Source: Candidatus Tectimicrobiota bacterium
GTDB taxonomy: Bacteria > JACPUC01
Direction of reading: 5' to 3'
Length of the DNA stretch: 64,000 bases
Assembly: GCA_016192455.1 (NCBI GenBank)
Contig: JACPUC010000010.1
Span: 90,856 to 154,855, forward strand
The first letter of the stretch is position 1. The number at the start of each line of letters is the position of its first letter. A model generated the notes under the pieces. The model was not told the DNA's origin. It saw nothing but the letters and a program-made list of their open reading frames with translations, and made no database searches. A program made the translations under genes and the position numbers. This document shows positions 59,069-64,000 of the stretch, piece by piece.

Positions 59069-60081
59069 AGTGGAACCTCCTCATCGGCGTGGGCTTCGGC
59101 TTGTTTCTCCCACGATTCCATGGCGATCCGATCTCGTTCATCCATGGCGTCCATCATCTCCGGGGTAATCTCCTCGTAATACGATGGCACCGGCTCTTGG
59201 GGTCCGGCATCACCTCCGCTTTGCATCCAGGCGATATGAGCCTCGCCTTCGTCACGGCCCTGGCCCAGGTAGGTTGTCGGCATCGGACAGTACTCGCCGT
59301 TCTCTCGGCACAGGTAGGCGCGGCGCTCCTCAAGGAGTTCAAGCTGCTCTTCGGTGCGCTCCTCCAGTCCGCGCCGCTTCCAGATGGCAAAGGCCTTGGG
59401 CTTCGCGTCCTTGCGATAGGGTGGGTATGCCTTCCACCAACGCAAGAAGCCAGGCGTGTACTTCAGGCCAGGAGCCTTGGGTTTCTCGTCAGGAGAATCT
59501 TGAGCCCCAACCACGCGGTCGGGTTCGACAGAATCCGACAATATATGCTTTCTGGGTACGTCTAGTACTTCTGGTACTTCTTCTTGTTCCCCGCGTTGTA
59601 TCCCACGTTGTATCCCGCACCGTTTCCTTGTTGTATTCCGCACCGTTTCCGTTGTGGCTTCGTATGACTGGTAAGCCTCATAGTTTCTGATGGTTATCAC
59701 GCTGAACTTGTGTTTCCGGTTGAACGAAATCTCGATCATTTGTTCGCTCTCTAACCAATCGAGAGCTTTCTTGATGGTTTTGAGGCTGGGGGACGTCGTT
59801 TTGAACCCCACACCCCATGACACGCCCTGCGCGATTGCCCGGTAGCTCGTTGCGAGCTGTCCAAGCTTGAGCTGGATGGTCTCTCCGTTTCTCAGCTTCA
59901 GCTCGTAATCCTTGAAGCAGGCATGGCTGATGAGCCACAGCCAGATGTCGCGGTATGGTGGTCCCATCCGGTACACGTTCGAGGTGTACAGGCCGCGGTG
60001 GAGCTTCACCCATGAGCCTGACAGGTCGTTGCGCTGGAACTCGTCTGCCGCTTCTGGCACCAACACCCCTCCCCTTGCCAT
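59065..60081 (-). CDS. Phage-type replication initiator / replisome organizer
   Basis: GSWVKLHR..WLWL...GQLATS wHTH and a C-terminal F..WW..YP..K..A...W...P.TYL; directly upstream of dnaB. Confidence 0.78.
   Translation of the reverse strand: MARGGVLVPEAADEFQRNDLSGSWVKLHRGLYTSNVYRMGPPYRDIWLWLISHACFKDYELKLRNGETIQLKLGQLATSYRAIAQGVSWGVGFKTTSPSLKTIKKALDWLESEQMIEISFNRKHKFSVITIRNYEAYQSYEATTETVRNTTRKRCGIQRGIQRGEQEEVPEVLDVPRKHILSDSVEPDRVVGAQDSPDEKPKAPGLKYTPGFLRWWKAYPPYRKDAKPKAFAIWKRRGLEERTEEQLELLEERRAYLCRENGEYCPMPTTYLGQGRDEGEAHIAWMQSGGDAGPQEPVPSYYEEITPEMMDAMDERDRIAMESWEKQAEAHADEEVPL
59594..59655. repeat. Iteron-like direct repeats inside the initiator gene (putative origin)
   Basis: CGTTGTATCCC x2 and GTTGTATYCCGCACCGTTTCC x2. 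Confidence 0.6.
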
Positions 60082-60143
60082 TCAACCTCGCGTTAAACGA
60101 CTCGTGTGGTGGACCTATACTGAGGCTCACCAGTAGCGCCGTG

Positions 60144-60407
60144 CTACGCTGCGGTCTCCACTTGGGACGGCACCTCGTTCTGGACCGTTGCCGCTGTCCC
60201 GTTGGGCGGGGCGCCGTACATCATCACGTTGTCGAGGAAGCTGACGAGCAGGATCGTGCTGCCGGAGATCACCTTCGTCTCCATGATGTTGTCCATATCC
60301 GCTGCCTTCAGGGCCTCCTCGATTTGCTCCAGTCTGGGGCGGAAGGTCCGCTTCTCGGTCTGGTACGATACCCCCTCGGCGATCTCGTGCAGGCTGGTCA
60401 GCCTCAT
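60144..60407 (-). CDS. Hypothetical protein (87 aa)
   Basis: Host-like codon usage and same orientation as the replication operon. Confidence 0.5.
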   Translation of the reverse strand: MRLTSLHEIAEGVSYQTEKRTFRPRLEQIEEALKAADMDNIMETKVISGSTILLVSFLDNVMMYGAPPNGTAATVQNEVPSQVETAA

Positions 60408-60791
60408 CAGATGGCAAGGTAGCTGGCCGCCGTTTCATCCGCTGGGGGGGTAGGAGTCTGATCCGCGCAGGTTGCTCGCCTCCCTCCCCGTCGTTCTCCG
60501 GGGGAAGTGTCACGTGAAGCCGGGGCACCCCTGCGGGTGGCGGGATGTCGCTCGGGAGCGCGATCCTTGATGGACCTGCTCACCCCTCGTTCCCTTGCAA
60601 CCGATTGCAGCCGGGGCGTCCAGGTTCTTCGCACCCGCGCACGCTACCCTGACACCCACGGCGACGGGCGCCTGTTGCTCCCTCGCAGGCATCCTTGCGC
60701 ACAGCTGCCGCCAGCCGATGGCGAGCCCCTCTTGGGTACAGGATGGTGATGGATCATCGCTCCATGGTATTTTAGGCAAGGAAGTAAAGAT

Positions 60792-60838
60792 TGTCAACAT
60801 ATAGTAGTGCGAAAAAGTTGTTCATCAATATGTTGTGG
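60792..60838. promoter_or_regulatory. Tandem NrdR-box-like sites
   Basis: tgtCAACATATAGtag and catCAATATGTTGtgg, 31 bp apart, each fit the consensus acaCwAtATaTwGtg. Confidence 0.6.
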
Positions 60839-61398
60839 TTTCTCTAGTTTAATCATCCATGTCATGCGAGGCTGGAAAGGAGAAACACCGCTTGGCGTCA
60901 AGTCACCACGCGCCGAACTCTCCTACCCGGAAGGCCGCTCCACAATGCGGCGACCGACCTCCACCTCGCATCCCTTCCCAGCAATGCAGCGCCCGCCGCA
61001 GGGCGTGATGACCCACGACCACGCGAGTGCCATGCGGCAGCATCGGGGGGCTCCCCACGGTAGACCGCCAGGCCTCTCCGGAGCGCTCCGACCGTGATCT
61101 CAAGGCTCCGGGGGCTCGGCATGCCGGCCCGCCGCGCGGAAGGGGCGCAACCGCGGCGGACGACGGCGGGAGATGGGAAGGTGTCGGCGGTAGGGCAGTG
61201 GCATCGAGCGCCGTTTTGATGCTCGGATCGACCAAGCGCTTTCACCTGTTTGCCCACCTGGATTCCTCTGATCTGTTCCCCGGATATCCGACATCCCTTC
61301 CTCCTCCTTACCCGGCAGTGCTTATCCCTTAGTACCCCCCCACCCACCCTTTACTATAATGTGTTACCATTTCATGTTTAAGCTTTTTCATCAATGAC

Positions 61399-62769
61399 TT
61401 ACGGAGCATTCTCCGAAGCAGATGGAAGCTGGTCCCCGGGCAGCAAGGCGTAGTGGTTGGCTCGTGGCTTGCACCGTCCTCCCATTTCACCATCACGCCT
61501 GCGCCACCAAACGTTTCCCGCACAGTAGTTCTTCGTCTTCTCGATGAGCGTGCCGCGCATCTTTCCCAACAGCCTGGCGTAGTTGCGCGGATGGGCGTGG
61601 GGAAACGTCAGGACGAGGTTGCGGGGCATGGCGCGCTCCGCATAACCATAGAGGTGGCGCACCACGGCTTCCATGAACCGGCGCTCCTTGGGGTGGTCTG
61701 TCAACCCTTGAATTACCCGCTGATAGGCCTCCGGGATGATGCGCTGCCGTGGCGTGTACCCCCGCTCCCTTGCGGTCCGGTAATGGCAGCGCACCGCCGC
61801 GGCAAGCTCCCGCAACACCTGTGTCGGTCGCCTCGACCAGTCCTTGCTGAGGCCGTTCGTCATCCCTGCCGTGTACCACGCACGCAGCTCCGCCTCGCAC
61901 TCAGCCTCCGAAATCCCTGACGACCAGTAGTGAAAGATGAGCTTGAGCTGCGCCTGGTGGCGTTGCCCCTCCTCCCACAGCCCGTCTCGGAGGAGGCGGG
62001 CGATGTAGGCCTTGAACTCCTTTCCGTGGAGGGTCTCCGGGTGGGCCTGCTCAATGGCGCCGTGGTCCACCTGGGGGTGGCAGCATGCCTGCTCCTCGTC
62101 AGCATCGTCGTCGAAGACATCCCGGAGCGTGAGGGCGAAGATGATGTCCCTGCTGATGAGGGCGATCGCATCAGCCACGCACTCTGCCACGGGGATGAAG
62201 CCCTCACGGTCCAGGAGGCGGGAGCCGAACCCCAACGGCAGGCGCGAAGCGCGGTTGGGCCGCGGGAAGACCTCCACGTGACCAGGCCGGACAGTGACAC
62301 CGTACCGTCGCAGCCGTTCCGTGGTGATCTGGTGGAGGTAGCGGCTATGGACCTTGAAATTGAAGAAGACGTAGTGGTGCAGGTGACCGCTGGCCGAGCT
62401 ACGGATCGTGAGGCCGTCCGGAAAGGCCTCCTGGATCGAGGAGAAGTAGTGCTCCGGTTTGTCGACGTCCAGGCAGAGCCAGGAGGCGTAGGGAGACCGC
62501 GTGAAACTCCCGTAGATGCGCCGGTCGGCCAGCAGGTGCTTGGCCACGAGGTTGCGCTCCAAGGGGTAGGGGGAGGTGACCCACGCATCATCGCTCGGAG
62601 GAAACGGTTCCACCTCGCGGACGACATAGCCCTTGCCGCCCTGCACGAACAGGCCGCGGTAGAACTGGAACTGTTCGGCGGTGAGCTGCAAGCGCGCCAG
62701 CTTTTCCGAAAAGGGAACCCGGCGTGCCCGGGGACGGAGGGAGGTCTTGGGTAAGTTTGTGGACTGCAT
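61399..62769 (-). CDS. AEP-superfamily primase-polymerase-like replication protein
   Basis: WLCLDVD (DxD), RSSASGHLHHY (SxH) and VEVFP..RLPLG, plus a helical PriCT-like C-terminus (GQRHQ). Confidence 0.65.
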   Translation of the reverse strand: MQSTNLPKTSLRPRARRVPFSEKLARLQLTAEQFQFYRGLFVQGGKGYVVREVEPFPPSDDAWVTSPYPLERNLVAKHLLADRRIYGSFTRSPYASWLCLDVDKPEHYFSSIQEAFPDGLTIRSSASGHLHHYVFFNFKVHSRYLHQITTERLRRYGVTVRPGHVEVFPRPNRASRLPLGFGSRLLDREGFIPVAECVADAIALISRDIIFALTLRDVFDDDADEEQACCHPQVDHGAIEQAHPETLHGKEFKAYIARLLRDGLWEEGQRHQAQLKLIFHYWSSGISEAECEAELRAWYTAGMTNGLSKDWSRRPTQVLRELAAAVRCHYRTARERGYTPRQRIIPEAYQRVIQGLTDHPKERRFMEAVVRHLYGYAERAMPRNLVLTFPHAHPRNYARLLGKMRGTLIEKTKNYCAGNVWWRRRDGEMGGRCKPRANHYALLPGDQLPSASENAP

Positions 62770-62997
62770 GGAATCCCCCTGTCGTGAGGAAATCATCGGA
62801 GGCTCCCAGCCGCTGGATGGACCGGGAGACGCTTCGGCCTTCACGTATGTCGCGGAGTGCAGGGGGCTCCGAAAAGACAGGAGATTCCATTGATGAAACT
62901 GAATCAGAAGAAGTTGCTTGGATATTTGTGACTCTTCTCCTATCGGATAATCATTGCCCTGTGGAAAAGGCCCCTGACGAGACCACGCACGGAGCTC

Positions 62998-63170
62998 ATG
63001 GTGACCGCGGAGGAGCGCGCCACCCTGAGCCTGGAGGTGCGTGCCGGCAACACGGCCGAGCAACGCCTGGCGCAATGCGCCACGACCATCCTCCTGGCCG
63101 CCGACGGCAAGTCTTGGGAGGCGATTCGCCGGCAGACCGGCGTGAGCGCCGCTCAGGCCAGGGATGCAGG
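62998..63170 (+). pseudogene. IS630-like transposase N-terminal HTH fragment
   Basis: VTAEERATL......EQRLAQCATTILLAADGKSWEAIRRQTGVS; similarity is lost after this. Confidence 0.5.
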
Positions 63171-63667
63171 GGGCTCAGGAGGAAATGCGGTGGCTGGCGG
63201 GGCTGTGGTGGGGCGGGTTCCTGGATCACGACAGAGGTGGGACACACGTGTCAAGGTGGAGGAACAAAGCGGAGGGCTTGAGGGCAGCGGCGCTGAGCGA
63301 GCTTCTGGATAAGTGGTGAGGTACCGACGAGTATCGATGCCTCCATCTGATGAGTTTTTTCACCTGTCATGTGAAAAAGCTCATGAGAGCTATGGTCGGC
63401 GCGGCAAGCGAACGAGCGACGCCCGCCGAGCTTATTCCTGGGCGTGCGGGATTACCACTCCGCAGCGTTGCTGGCATGACGGGTGCTCCGGAACGCTAGG
63501 AACGGGAGCAACTCCGCGCATCAGAGGTCCCGAGGGAGGCGGGCGAGGGGAGAGATCGCAAATGCTAGATTGAGATTTCTACCTATAGATGAGAGAATTC
63601 ATATGAGATGAGTTTATGGCTCCGTAACGTGCTCCTTCATCGCTGTGCGGTTCGTGGAGGTGCTCGG

Positions 63668-64000
63668 ATGACCACGCAGGAACGGCTCTTCCTGGCAGCC
63701 CTGGCGCTCGGCAAGCTCAGTGCCGCCGAACTCAAGCTCTGCCTCTACCTGCACCTGCGGGGCCAGGGGCCGAAGAGCGCGCAGGGCCTCCAGATCGGCC
63801 ATGAAGCCCTGCGGCGCGTCACCGGGGCTGCCGACAAGACGTACGTCTCGAACAAGATCAAGAGGCTGCGCGACCGCAAGGTGCTCATCCGGGTGCGCTC
63901 CGAAGCGGGCAAGGAGAACGCCTACCGCCTGAACTACGACGTGTCGGCCTGGAAGGGCTGCCTGGATCACAACGTGCTGCAAGAGAATGTCGAGCAGGGA
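63668..64000 (+). CDS. Lambda O-like replication protein, N-terminal wHTH (runs off the window)
   Basis: GGAGG RBS; MTTQERLFLAALALGKLSAAELKLCLYL...VSNKIKRLRDRKVL...YRLNYDVSAW. It is not in the ORF track. Confidence 0.6.
   Translation, partial: MTTQERLFLAALALGKLSAAELKLCLYLHLRGQGPKSAQGLQIGHEALRRVTGAADKTYVSNKIKRLRDRKVLIRVRSEAGKENAYRLNYDVSAWKGCLDHNVLQENVEQG

Noticed and set aside
60410-60770. Structured ncRNA in the leader of the replication operon
   Set aside because: Several small hairpins are present, but I recognise no RNA family and they are expected at this GC content.

Overview
GC-rich bacterial DNA in three parts. (1) 1-25.7 kb is an accessory catabolic region. It holds a hydantoinase B/oxoprolinase tail, an acyl-CoA synthetase-like protein missing its phospho-His, and four UbiD-family genes. 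One UbiD looks catalytically dead and sits with a 52-aa Zn-ribbon gene and an intact UbiD paralog. The region also has ABC binding proteins, an SDR, a flavin reductase, an amidohydrolase, TetR, an orphan merE, and a UGSC-motif selenoprotein. The ORF track splits that selenoprotein at its in-frame UGA, and a lower-GC BglII-like restriction-modification cassette separates it from its usual partner gene. (2) 26-54 kb is a mobile/defence region. It has an IS3, a partial CRISPR locus (5'-truncated cas1, cas2, 7-repeat array, and cas6 overlapping a SWIM-finger gene, with no effector genes), two IS1380 remnants, two giant secreted proteins, a type I R-M operon with yhcG and an HTH-ImmA/DUF4411 pair inside it, and a Fic gene. 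(3) 54-64 kb is the edge of a phage- or plasmid-like element. It encodes a tyrosine recombinase, HTH, metallopeptidase, sigma-like protein, RuvC, DnaB, an iteron-bearing initiator, an AEP-type Rep and a lambda-O-like protein, and its replication operon is preceded by tandem NrdR-box-like sites. All calls come from reading motifs by eye; no database searches were run.
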